This document shows, one piece after another, positions 25,963 through 38,244 of a DNA stretch of 64,000 bases. The position numbers were made by a program, and so were the translations under genes. Below the pieces are notes generated by a model that had not been told where the DNA came from, made no database searches, and saw nothing but the letters and a program-made list of their open reading frames with translations. This DNA is from Octopus bimaculoides (lineage: Eukaryota): positions 53,743 through 117,742 of the forward strand of contig NC_068991.1 in NCBI RefSeq assembly GCF_001194135.2. The letters are read 5' to 3'. The number at the start of each line of letters is the position of its first letter. The stretch's first letter is position 1.

Positions 25963-27848
25963 CCACCACATTAACATTGTATATAATATACAATACATTA
26001 TAGGATTAATAGTTAGTGAAGGACGCACCAAAAACCCGATCTAATTTCGATCATCCCTGGTTTAAAACGTCTTATAACAAACGAAAGGTGGAAATGTAAA
26101 TCGTCTGCTGGTGAAAATACCGAAACTATTTTGATGAAAAGTAGAAATAAGTGCACACACTTTGGACTTTCAACTCTATATGTTCCTAGAGGATATAGTT
26201 TATCTACAGTGTTGATATGGTATAATACAGTGATGATTACAGTCGTGTTGTGGCCCCAAACTAATGAAATCAGTGGTTCCTGACAGGATTGAGGTGGAGG
26301 AGCTGTAATTTATATCATTGAACAGAGACACAACGTAGAGCAGAACACAAAATACTAACAAAACATTGACTATCTGACATATAATGTTTCTATAAGATTA
26401 TCAAAAGTTTCTCCGCTTAAAAGTAAACGAAACAAGTTTAAAACCAAGAAATGCAAATATTTTTACCTGAACTGTCCCAACATGGAGGAGCGACAGGGGC
26501 AGATAACTGAGACGGAAGGGCAGATAACTAAGACAACTTCCAGCCTGGCTGACTGTCACAACTGAGGACAATACTTGTTCATAGTTGTTACCATTAGCCT
26601 ACCGTGGCAATGCCAACCCATTTAGCTATGCCAATTTCATCTCTTGCAGCCACCTTTCATGAAATTTATTAGGACAGCACCTCCCTCTATATCCTCTTCC
26701 TCCTCTCTGAGAGGTACTTGAAGAAGTTGATGAGAGATTGTTCTGAGAGGAAAAGCTCTTTTCAGACCTTTCAACCACATCAAACCTACAACTTCCTTTG
26801 CTATAACCATCAGACAGAGGAAGACAACCGACATTTCCTTGCCGAATGAACAGTGATTCGATATTAGACTCGGTCAACAGTTAGATCCGTCCCACATATA
26901 ATAACAACTATTCGACATAAACCCACATAATGCACTAACACTGAACGAGTTCGTAATAGTCAATTTCGTCGGCCTGTGTGTATCACGTACATGTTCGCTT
27001 GTCAACAGCTCTAAACATGGCCATGACTGTAGAGTTTATTCCGAACAATATTTCCCATCCGTGGCACTGCCAGACAAAAGACTTCCCAATACTTGATTTT
27101 AAAGTTTTCAAATAGAGACTACCCGGACGATCTCAGGTCATCATTGCTAATATTATCCACTAACTCTCTATAGAATGCCACCAACTTTTTGACCCAAATG
27201 ATACGATTGCAGTTAGAAAGATGAGTTAGGTAAGAAACAAAAAATGGGTTGCATGAACAGCAATGACACTTATTCCCTGTTACGTACAGTGTCTTATCAG
27301 CTTACCAGCCGCATCAGCCCGTTTCTTTATACTAATCGTTTGAAACAGACAGGATTCCTGACAATTGCTCCTTCCACAAGAAGCGAACGAGCAGGGGTGT
27401 AGTTATGCCGTTAATTATATGCCCAGTCCAACATTGTAATGTGATGTTAAGTCTTTTAATGTCCATAAAATCTCATTATTTCATTTACCTCATGTGCTAT
27501 TATTGTCTCGACATGAATAACATAAAATACACGATGCTCTAGTTAATGATGATAATGAGAGTGTGTGGCTAAAAATTATAGAGCTAAAGAAATAATCCTA
27601 TCTTACCGGCGCGTGCGCGAGCGCAGATCAAAAAATCTAAGGGAGGCTACCGCTGAGGTGAGAGTTAGCAGTCGACAGGAAGTGATGTCATTGACGTTGT
27701 CTTTCTCTCCAAGTTGAGGGAAGAACCACTCCCACTGGTCTTATGCGCTTTACTTTCCTATACACGGTACTGAATTGTTTACAGTCGTCTCTTTTGTCCA
27801 AGCCGGATAATTTGAATTCAGTTGTATCTACACAGGTATATTTCGCCG

Positions 27849-29567
27849 ATGTCAACTTACCTGAACAGCGGCCGGAGCCGCCAAAACACAATCGACGGCG
27901 ACGATTTCTGGGCCGTGTCACAAATTGAACGTTCAGCCATCAAGTTTAATTTATTCGATGATGATATCTCTGTTGACAACGCATCAGATTTTGCTTCAAA
28001 GATCCTTTCATGTAGAGATGAAGAAGATGAAGTAAGTGAAAGTCTTGCTTCTCTCATAGACTGTGAAACTGCAACAACACCTGGAGACCACCCACTGGCA
28101 CATGCTAAAAATCTGAGTTTAAAATCAAACCAGGCGAATCTTATATCGAGAACAGGCACACCAGCGAAACCCTCGAATTTACCAGGTAGCAATCAACATT
28201 GTTCATCTTCTCCTTCGACTCCAGCTACTGAGTCAAATAGCAGCAGTTTGCAACAAACAGGATCATCTTCCTATGGTCACGGCCGATCAAAAAGCGATAC
28301 AACCAGTGCTATTCTACCTGATCCACACGCCAATACGAGGCGAGGTAGTCAACACACCTCTAGCCAAACATTCCCTAAGCCTGGCTTCAGTTCTGCAGAT
28401 TCTAACTTAAGTATAGATGATGTAATCGAAAAATCTGTTCCCAAAACAGCGTCTTCGTCATCCCTCCATAAACTTGAAGCCGAGGTAATTTCTTTAAAAC
28501 ACTCACTAAGGACAGCTGATCGTGAAAAGTGGTTAAAACCTCCGATTTCTGAGACCCTCAAAAGAATTCGAGATGGTGAAGTCCACTCTGGCATTAATAT
28601 GTACCGAACGCGTGAAGACAAGGTAGAGATTTTAAATAAAGCTACTGAAAGTCATGATGGTAACATAATTATTACAGTTGTCCTATTTCTTCGCCAGACA
28701 CTCAAAGACAGTATATTCCATGACATTCTCAAGAGCCATCCCATTGCTGCTAATCATTACACCAGTCATATGCGGGCTCTGAAGAATTACTCTGAACTGA
28801 TATGTTTTTTAAAAGGAATGGATATGCACGAGGAAGCTGCTATGACCATGTATAAGCAAGCAATCAGCTGTAAGGATTTAGCCAATAAGTTTAGCAGCCT
28901 CAAAAAATGTCTGCAAGAATACAAATCCAGTTACCCAGGTATGTCAACAGAACTTTGGTTGATTGAAAGTCAACTTGCACTTTTAGAATGGCAAAATACT
29001 GTTGAAAGTATGGATAAAAGTGACCAACGTAACACCATTTTACAAAAAATCCCACCTACAAAACCTCTCGTTGATACATCTGTGATTTATTCTTTATATT
29101 ATAGTGCTTTGTATCATTACAATGACAAAGAAGCAGAATTTGCCTCACCAAATATCTTGCGCAACAAACACCAATTAACAGAAAAACAGTTTTTATGGAC
29201 AACTTTAACTGCCAGGGCTTACTTGAAAGCCTGGCCTAGCATTGAAGATATGTTAACAACAAAAGGTAATATTTTCAGTGGCAAGAGACTTAGGGCAGTG
29301 ATAGGACTTGATAAAGTTGCAGAACTATTGTATCAGTTCGGAGCAGAGGAGGCTGACATTAAAAAATACCTGTTGGCCATGAACGACAATGAAAAGTGTT
29401 TGCAACTTTCTCAAAAACTAAAATGTTATGAGACTTTCATTGAAACATGTGTTGCAATGAAAGATCGCCGAGAGCTGGAAATATTTGCTCAGAAATTTTC
29501 AGCAAATGCTGAGTTACATCAGAAAGCCATAGATGCTCTGAACACATCAACCATCAAATGGAAATGA
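27849..29567 (+). CDS. VIPAS39: Spermatogenesis-defective protein 39 homolog (VIPAR/SPE-39), single-exon CDS, 572 aa
   Basis: N-terminal DDFW...FNLFDDD matches the recalled family start. DKVEILNKATESHDGNIIITVVLFLRQTLKDSIF is the recalled VIPAS39 HDGN motif. The C-terminal helical region is Vps16C-like. ATG at 27849 was preferred over the TTG start used in the ORF track. Confidence 0.88.
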   Translation: MSTYLNSGRSRQNTIDGDDFWAVSQIERSAIKFNLFDDDISVDNASDFASKILSCRDEEDEVSESLASLIDCETATTPGDHPLAHAKNLSLKSNQANLISRTGTPAKPSNLPGSNQHCSSSPSTPATESNSSSLQQTGSSSYGHGRSKSDTTSAILPDPHANTRRGSQHTSSQTFPKPGFSSADSNLSIDDVIEKSVPKTASSSSLHKLEAEVISLKHSLRTADREKWLKPPISETLKRIRDGEVHSGINMYRTREDKVEILNKATESHDGNIIITVVLFLRQTLKDSIFHDILKSHPIAANHYTSHMRALKNYSELICFLKGMDMHEEAAMTMYKQAISCKDLANKFSSLKKCLQEYKSSYPGMSTELWLIESQLALLEWQNTVESMDKSDQRNTILQKIPPTKPLVDTSVIYSLYYSALYHYNDKEAEFASPNILRNKHQLTEKQFLWTTLTARAYLKAWPSIEDMLTTKGNIFSGKRLRAVIGLDKVAELLYQFGAEEADIKKYLLAMNDNEKCLQLSQKLKCYETFIETCVAMKDRRELEIFAQKFSANAELHQKAIDALNTSTIKWK

Positions 29568-29909
29568 AAAACTGTTCTTAAACTTTCTCTATTGATGAAA
29601 TATATATATACATACATATACTATATGTGTGTGTGAATGCCCAGTTGTTATAGCCATTCTAATGTGTATATAAATATGTACATAAATATTGATTACTTAA
29701 AACTTCACATGTTCAATATTTTTATTTCTATTATTTTATTTCTACTTGAACAAATTATTAGTTTAATATGTCAGCTGCTTTAAAAAAAACTCACTTGCAA
29801 GATCTCTGCAAGGGTAGCTACCTTCTTGCCACTAGTTTTTGAAATCCTAAAAAAAGTAGAGGTGTAACTCTTCAATGACTTGATCACGAAAAGAAAAAAT
29901 TTCTATAAA

Positions 29910-29967
<58 letters not shown>

Positions 29968-30035
29968 TATATATACATATAGTCATGCATGCATATATAT
30001 ATATATATATATAACACAACCCCACCATTTACTGA

Positions 30036-30070
<35 letters not shown>

Positions 30071-30919
30071 TGTCTCGGTGGTCTTGTGGGTAAAGGCATA
30101 TGTAGACACCAATAACATTCTCACGGTGGTGCACCAGCATGACCGCAGCCACTTGGCTGAAACACATAAATAAATAAATAAATAAATGTATATGCATATN
30201 NNNNNNNNNNNNNNNNNNNNNNNNNNNNNNNNNNNNNNNNNNNNNNNNNNNNNNNNNNNNNNNNNNNNNNNNNNNNNNNNNNNNNNNNNNNNNNNNNNNN
30301 NNNNNNNNNNNNNNNNNNNNNNNNNNNNNNNNNNNNNNNNNNNNNNNNNNNNNNNNNNNNNNNNNNNNNNNNNNNNNNNNNNNNNNNNNNNNNNNNNNNN
30401 NNNNNNNNNNNNNNNNNNNNNNNNNNNNNNNNNNNNNNNNNNNNNNNNNNNNNNNNNNNNNNNNNNNNNNNNNNNNNNNNNNNNNNNNNNNNNNNNNNNN
30501 NNNNNNNNNNNNNNNNNNNNNNNNNNNNNNNNNNNNNNNNNNNNNNNNNNNNNNNNNNNNNNNNNNNNNNNNNNNNNNNNCGTAACTTAGCGGTTCGGCA
30601 AAAGAGATCAATAGAATAAGTACTAGGCTTCCAAAGAATAAGTCCTGGGGTCGATTTGCTCGACTAAAGGTGGTGCTCCAGCATGGCCACAGTCAAAAGA
30701 CTGAAACAAGTAAAAGAGTAATACATATGCATACATATATATATACACATATATGTACATACATATATGTTCACATACATATACATATATATACACACAC
30801 ACACATATATATACATATATATATCATCAGGTGGTGCTATTAAGTTAGACATGGCCTGGACCAATCTTTGGTCGAAACATATCTAAGTTTTTTATCTAAG
30901 TTTATGCATATATATTTAT

Positions 30920-32600
30920 ATTTAAGAGAGGAATATGTTCGCATGGATGATGGTTCACTTGCATTAAACAAGGCTGCAAATAGAGAGGTTTGGAGATGCC
31001 ACTATGAAAGGTTGTTAAATAAAGAAAATGAATGGGAGAAAGAGAGTCTGCCGAATGCCAACCCAACAGAGGGACCAGCTATCTGAATTGACAGTACCTT
31101 GGTAGATAAGGCAATTAAGGGCATGAAGACAGGGAAAGCCCCCGACCCATCAGGAATCACCGCAGAGATGCTCAAACTATCTGGCAGTGTTTGCTATAGC
31201 CTAGTTACCCGTATAGTCAACCAGGTGATACATGAAGGAGTCATACCCAATGACTGGTGTAGCAGCACCATAGTCAACTGCTACAAAGGTAAAGGTGACG
31301 TATTAAATAGGAATAATTACAGAGGTATCAAGTTGTTGGATCAGGTAATGAAAGTCACGGAGAGGGTCATAGCCCAATTAATTGGAGAGAAAGTCATCCT
31401 GGATTAGATGCAGTTTGGGTTCGTGTCAAGTAAGAGCACCACTGATGCTATATTTCTGGTAAGACAGCTGCAGGAGAAATACCTAGCCAAAGATAAACCT
31501 CTGTACCTGGCTTTCGTTGACATGGAGAAAGCCTTTGACAGGGTCCCCTGATCCCTTACCTGGTGGTCAATGAGGAAACTAGGGATAAATGAATGGTTAG
31601 TGAGAGCTGTCCAAGCCATGTACAGGGATGCTGTCAGTAAGGTGAGGGTAGGCAACGAGTACAGTGAAGAATTCTGGGTAGGGGTACCCCAAAGATCTGT
31701 TCTCAGCCCCCTCATATTCATCATAATCCTCCTGGCAATAACACAGGAATTCAAGACAGGATGCTCCTGGGAGCTCCTCTATGCTGATGCCCTTGCTTTA
31801 ATTGCTGAGTCATTATCAGAACTAGAGAAGTTTTAGGTGTGGAAGCAAGGATTAGAATTGAAGGGCCTTAGAGTCAACCTAGCTAAAACCAAAGTCTTAA
31901 TAAGTAGGAAGGCAGACAAACCACGAATCCCTTCAGGCAGATGGCCCTGCTTGATGTGTACAAAAGGCATAGGTAGAAACTCCATAAGATGTACCCAGTG
32001 TAAGCCATGGACACACAAGAGGTGTAGTAATATCAAAGGAAGGCTAACTGGGAAGATAGTTTTTGTATGTGGCAGATGCTCAGGAGTAATAAACACTGAA
32101 AATGTGCAGAGAACAACTTGTGTCACATTCCAGGGAGAAAAACTAGAAGTAGTTGATAGCTTCCGTTACCTAGGTGACCAAGTCAGTAGCAGGGGAGGGT
32201 GCACTGAAAGTGTAGCTGCTAGAATAAGAAAAGCCTGGGCAAAGTTCAGAGAGCTCCTACCTCTGCTCTGCTGGTGACAAAGGGTCTATCGCTCAGATTA
32301 AAAGGTAGAGACTGTGGCGCGTGTCTACGAACAGCCATGCTACATGGCAGTAAAACATGAGCCGTGACTACTGAGGACATGCATAAGCTCGCAAGGAATG
32401 AAGCCAGTATGCTCTGATGGATGTGTAATGTCAGCGTGCATACTAGACAGAGTGTAAGCGCCCTGAGAGAAAAGTTGGACTTAAAAAGCCTCAGATGTGG
32501 TGTTCAAGAGAGACAACTGCACTGGTATGGTCATGTGTTGCGAATGGATGAGGATAACTGTGTGAAAAAGTGTCACACCCTAGCAGTTGCTTGAGAAGAC
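30920..32600 (+). mobile_element. RTE-clade LINE, 5'-truncated, with stops and frameshifts
   Basis: KAPDPSGITAEMLK, YKGKGDVLNRNNYRGIKLL, FVDMEKAFDRVP, ELLYADAL, PHD-like CTQCKPWTHKRC, FRYLGD. Confidence 0.9.
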
Positions 32601-32801
32601 CCATCAAGTCAAGTGAGACCGTAACCCATGACCTATGCCACTTATGAGTACCCTTAATTCATTGTACAATAAACCTTGCTTGCGAAGACCTGTTGAGGTA
32701 AGTGAAATCGAAATCACTGATGTGGCCAATGACAGTACCACCTGATTGGCACCCGTGCCTGTGGAATGTTAAAAGCACCATCCAAGCATGATCGTTGCCA
32801 G

Positions 32802-32860
<59 letters not shown>

Positions 32861-32861
32861 C

Positions 32862-33198
32862 ATACATACAATATTAGATATGTACATATATACACAAGGG
32901 TACTACATGAGTACCTATATCGCTAAAGATAGAAGTCAAAAAATACTTCTGAACCACCGAATAGTCACAAATCTATTACAGACATGAGAGGCAAAAATAT
33001 CAGTGAACAATAACCCTAATCTTAACCCAGTAGAGGTAAGACATTATTATTGTTCACTGATATTTTTGCCTCTCATGTCTGTAATAGATTTGTGACTATT
33101 CGGTGGTTCAGAAGTATTTTTTTACTTCTATCTTTAGCGATATAGGTACTCATGTAGTACCCTTGTGTATATATGTACATATCTAATATTGTATGTAT
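32862..33198. repeat. Long near-perfect inverted repeat (152-bp arms, 33-bp spacer)
   Basis: 32862-33013 is the reverse complement of 33047-33198, with one mismatch by manual comparison. Confidence 0.9.
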
Positions 33199-33282
33199 AT
33201 ATTTTATTAATATGCCTGTACGGCCGCTAATTCGCTTGCCACTTGTGATGGTATTTTAATAATACCATCCCTATATTTATTT

Positions 33283-33380
<98 letters not shown>

Positions 33381-34281
33381 ATATATATATATACATACTT
33401 ATATGTATGTACATACCTATATGTATGTACATATATATATATATATATATACATACCTATATGTATGTACATATATACACACACACACACACACATACAT
33501 ATATATACAAGTGGCAGGAATGCTGGGGCCAGTGTATTGCTGAGCAAGGTGACTATTTCGAAGGAGATGATGTTAAAACTTAAGTAAATAAGTTATTTTT
33601 CATTAAACATGACTAGTCTGAAAACTTTATATATACACAAACACACAGACATATATATCCTTTAATGGTAGGGTACTGTTACTATGGTATCAATGAATTA
33701 TTCATCTCCCAATTTGATGTTGATCATTCACTTTTAGTTTTTGACTAATGTGTGAATGTCTTTATATTCAGTGAGTAATGCCAATATACATATGAACATT
33801 AATTCAAATTTTATAAATTATTTATAAACACAGTGTATTCAATAATCATTTAATTACAGGTTTATTATATAGTATTTACCACAAATGTCATATTTAAAAA
33901 CAGCTTCATAGGTCTATGGTATGTTAGCAGAGGACAGGGATTCCTTACTTCAACATAGATATCTTTTCACACAAATAAAGAAAAATATAGAGATGAAGTG
34001 GAAAATGATCTAGCACAAGACACACACATCCAAATGGAGAAAGAAAAAGATGGAGTAGAGGGATACATGTAATCACACAATACTTTTCTAAATAGTATTA
34101 CTAACACATTTAAGTTTCTTGTAGAATTCCCAAAGATATGATCCTTTAAATGCATAATATAATTTCTTTAAAGTCTTTTTGTGTGTAGGTAAAGGAGAAA
34201 AATTATTTTCAGTTTGAACATTGAGAAGTCATTGAGAGGTTGGGGAGGGTCACTTAACGTGAACCAAACACAGTAAATTGT

Positions 34282-36090
34282 TCATAAGGACATGCTGTGT
34301 TGTTCTACTTTTACAGTGTAGTAACTCGGCTCATCAAGATAGTTATTGGACACCGAAACGTGGTCAATTGGTAACACACTGAAGAAGGAGATTGTCATCT
34401 GCTCGGAAGAATCTTTCACATTTTCAAATATTGTTTTCCAAAAATATGGTTGGGACTTGTCCAGGAAACTGTTGATACAGGAAACAGGAACAGAAAATTC
34501 AAAAGTCTGTTTACTTTCTAGTGGGTTACTGGTGAAATGCTTTAATGTAGTCAAAGCTGTAGAACTCAAAGTGGAGTGAGGCAGTTTAAGATATACGTCA
34601 AGTAAGGTGACCAACTCATAAACAATGTGTAGTTTTTCTAATCGTGACATTCTCTCTTGGATATTCCAGGCACGGTCAGTGTAGAACTGTAGTTGGTCAA
34701 GTGTTGCAAGTTCGTTGGACACCAACATACTGATGTAGTCATTACATAGTTTCTCAACACCTATATCAATCAGTAGCTTCAATGGTACATAACCTTCCAT
34801 GTCTGGGGTGTCCATACTGTTCATGTAGGAGCTGCGCACCAGTTCAGCAATACGAGTCTTGTTAGTCTTGTGCACCAATGGTTGTATGTTTTTACACTGT
34901 AGTTCATCAAACATGAAGTTTAGACAGTCAATAAGCTCTTCATAGCTGTGACAATTCATTAAAACATTCCAAACTCTATCAGAAAAGTCCTGATCTTTTC
35001 GATTAAACATAGGTATTTTGTGAGGAATTTCTTCATTATTCTCATTTTCATTGAAGTTATCATCAATGTCAGCATCACCAAGCTTTAAGTGTTCAAAAAG
35101 ATTCTTCAAATCGTCAATAACAGATGTACTTTCAGATTCTGGCATCAACCAATTGACTTTACCTTTAGAAAGTCCCTCAAAAAATCCTCGCAGAGTTGAG
35201 AACTCTTGGAATTTTTTATAAGTTGGTCCCGTTTTATCTCCAGGCACAATTTTAACCTTGACAGTAACCCTAGCTTCAGGTGAAGGTTTATCCAAGTATT
35301 TCATGGATTTATTCCATTCTGCTTCGAGAATTATTTTACTCGTCTCTTCACTTTGATCATTATTCGAGGCAGTACTACTGTCAAACACATGATATTCTGC
35401 TCTGTTGTGGAGTTGGCGCATGTTTTCAGGAAAAGCATCAGAAGTGGAAGAAATGGAGGAAAGATTGTTAGTTGTTTGTGCAACAGTTATTCTGGAGTAC
35501 AACAACATGTTGTTGCTATCAACATCGACTTCAGGTGAGACATAAACAAATGCTGTGTTTAGCAAATCTTCTCCATTGCAATACACCAAAATCGGAATCC
35601 GTTCTTCTTTGCTAACAGAATATTTGGGCGACAACATAAGAGAGCAGAAAACAGACAAGACACGTTTAGAATATGAAAGACTAATGGGAAGAAACGAACT
35701 TTGGTTCTTTACATACACAGATTTCAAAGGAGAGACAACGACACGATTCAGATCGGCATATTCTTTCATTTCCAAAGGCGAACCTTCATATAAACTATTA
35801 TTGTCGTCAGAAATATCACTCTTCTGAGAAAGGACATCAGATAGATTGCTTTCATATGAGTTGTTACGAGTTTTCACAGTGGCATTGTCTTTTCTTCCGA
35901 GACAAACCACAATAAACGGCAGAGTAAAAGAAAAGATGTTCTGCAAAATATCCAAATCGCCAAACAATGACACATCACGAACAATATATAACATCGTATC
36001 TTGAAACTTGATGACATTATTATTGGTCGTGGGGCTTTTGAAAAGCTTGCCGAGACATTCCTGAAATTGAGGAATTAATTTAATATCCAT
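34282..36090 (-). CDS. ZWILCH: Protein zwilch homolog (RZZ kinetochore complex), single-exon CDS, 602 aa
   Basis: RKDQDFSDRVWNVL..SYEELIDCL..IQPLVH..PLKLLIDIGVEKLCNDY..LATLDQLQFY..RLEKLH aligns with the recalled Zwilch C-terminal motifs (DLDFAEQLW, IQPWLH, LLEIGLDKL, QKLHH). Confidence 0.88.
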   Translation of the reverse strand: MDIKLIPQFQECLGKLFKSPTTNNNVIKFQDTMLYIVRDVSLFGDLDILQNIFSFTLPFIVVCLGRKDNATVKTRNNSYESNLSDVLSQKSDISDDNNSLYEGSPLEMKEYADLNRVVVSPLKSVYVKNQSSFLPISLSYSKRVLSVFCSLMLSPKYSVSKEERIPILVYCNGEDLLNTAFVYVSPEVDVDSNNMLLYSRITVAQTTNNLSSISSTSDAFPENMRQLHNRAEYHVFDSSTASNNDQSEETSKIILEAEWNKSMKYLDKPSPEARVTVKVKIVPGDKTGPTYKKFQEFSTLRGFFEGLSKGKVNWLMPESESTSVIDDLKNLFEHLKLGDADIDDNFNENENNEEIPHKIPMFNRKDQDFSDRVWNVLMNCHSYEELIDCLNFMFDELQCKNIQPLVHKTNKTRIAELVRSSYMNSMDTPDMEGYVPLKLLIDIGVEKLCNDYISMLVSNELATLDQLQFYTDRAWNIQERMSRLEKLHIVYELVTLLDVYLKLPHSTLSSTALTTLKHFTSNPLESKQTFEFSVPVSCINSFLDKSQPYFWKTIFENVKDSSEQMTISFFSVLPIDHVSVSNNYLDEPSYYTVKVEQHSMSL

Positions 36091-36198
36091 ATTTACCTTA
36101 AAATATTTTAATTAAATAAATCTCGGTTCTCAGTTAAACTCAGCTGTTAAATAAACCGCCACAAATGAAGGTTAGTTACAAAAACAAAAATAGTGAAT

Positions 36199-36227
36199 TG
36201 GGTGAGACTGTCTTTCTGTCTCTCCTT

Positions 36228-36290
<63 letters not shown>

Positions 36291-36324
36291 GTGTGAAGGA
36301 GAGACAGAAAGACAGTCTCACCCA
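36199..36324. repeat. Perfect 35-bp inverted repeat flanking an (AT)n tract, ~110 bp upstream of the ZWILCH ATG
   Basis: tgggtgagactgtctttctgtctctccttcacaca / tgtgtgaaggagagacagaaagacagtctcaccca. Confidence 0.9.
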
Positions 36325-38233
36325 GTCTCACTTAATATATATATATTAAGTGAAAATAATTTTTTTAAATGAAAGCTAAGAAAATGATAAAAATGACGGT
36401 AATTACGTTTCAGCATTTCCATTTTAGTCTTTATATGAAACCCACGTAATAACTGTCTCAAATAAACGAAGTCGTCGTTTGCAGTTTCGCACCTTTCCTC
36501 CGTTTTAGATGTCGCAGATTACTAATATGCCTCCCCCCAAAAAAGTTTAACCGCCCCCTCACTACCACCACTCCCCCCACTAAAATTTTGAACTTTTTCG
36601 AAATTTTCTTTTCCCTATGATTTAGATTCCGAATCTTGCAAGAAACCACGTTTTCAAATTGTTAAATTCATTAAGCAGATAGATAGGTGTATAAAGAGAT
36701 AGAGAGATATGGATGTCTTCCTGTGGTTAAAAACAACAGTAACACCGTCTTCTGTAGGACCACCACATTTAGTTGACAAATATATTTTATGAATAAAGGG
36801 ACAGGGAATAAATAGATAGACAAATGAATAAAAGGATGAAAAAGTTTCAAAATTTAAAATTGGGGGCGGGGGTGAAATTTGAGCCCCTAATTAAACTTTA
36901 TAATATTAATGATTAAGCATTAATGTTTGTTTCTCATCAATTGGTGTATATTTAATTGACATGAAATTATTATTTACGGCAAACACGAGTAAAACGCAAA
37001 TTCTTTTCACTCTAATGTTTTTGTCTATATTTAATTTCGATTTGCTAAGATCTCTTTAAAGTAAACAAAATCAAAAATTTAAACTGGGAGGCGATTTTTT
37101 TTTCTTTGCATATTCTTTATCTTCGACATCTTAAAGGTAGGAATCTGAAAATTTTTTTGCAAAAAAATGCATTTTTCAAGGCGAGGTGCGATGCTGCATT
37201 ATCCCCGTCGTTTGACCTGCTAAAAAAAGCAGCCAAATTGTAATTTTGGAGTTACAAGTGGGAACATCATTAACAAAAAAAAAACAATAGCGGCCGAGGT
37301 AAAGAATACGCACACCACCCGTTTTCGGCCTAGAAGGGTGTATTCTTTACCTTCGACCTAATCGTTACTAATTGCATTAATGTTTTTACTTGTCATTAGA
37401 CTGCAGCCATGCTGGGGCACTTCTTTGAGAAATTTTAGTTGAACTAATCGACCCCAGTATTTATTTTGAAATCTGATATTTAATTTATTCTATGGGTTTT
37501 CTTTTGCCAAACCGCTGTTACGGGGACGTAAACGCACCAGCATCTGTCGTCAGTCATTGGTGGGGGTACACATACACATACAGTGGTGAACTGGGTCTGC
37601 AAAAATTGGTTGCCAGGAGACTAAGGGAGCCAAACTGCAACTACAGTGCTATCATATATTTATTTTTGTTAAAAGTATTCTTTTCAACTCTCTTCAAACA
37701 CAGCCAGGTTGAAATAATTAATGCATTCTTTCCCCCCCACCCCCACCACCACATATAGGGATTGTAATGACGCAGGGGCCCACTTGCTATCGGGCAGCTG
37801 GCAACCTGGCCAGTCCGCCGCTGCTTATATATATATATACATACATACACGACGGGCTTCTTTCATGTTCTGTTTACCAAACATTTTTTCATACTCAGAA
37901 TTCCTGAAGCATGGAATAGAAATTCACCAACCGTACACTTGATGACCCCCCCAACCTTTGTTTCCTTTTCTTCTTTTTATTTCTAGTGCACCTGAGCACT
38001 ATACAACATCATATGCCAAATCCACTCAAAAGGATTTGCTCGGTCCGAAGCTATAATAGAAGACACGCCCAAGGTGACTATGTCAATTTTAAAAAGAAAA
38101 TATAAGGGAACTGCGACATTTCCACACACACACGCACCTCCCTATAGCCAACTAATTGATAAATCTCCTACACCTTTGTCTAGTAGAGAGAGGAGTTGGA
38201 TGAGATACTGTTGTGTGAATCCGATAACAAATG

Positions 38234-38244
38234 AAAAAAAAAAA
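38234..38244 (-). terminator. Pol III oligo-T terminator of 7SK
   Basis: 11 T on the minus strand, 12 nt after the 3' hairpin. Confidence 0.75.
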
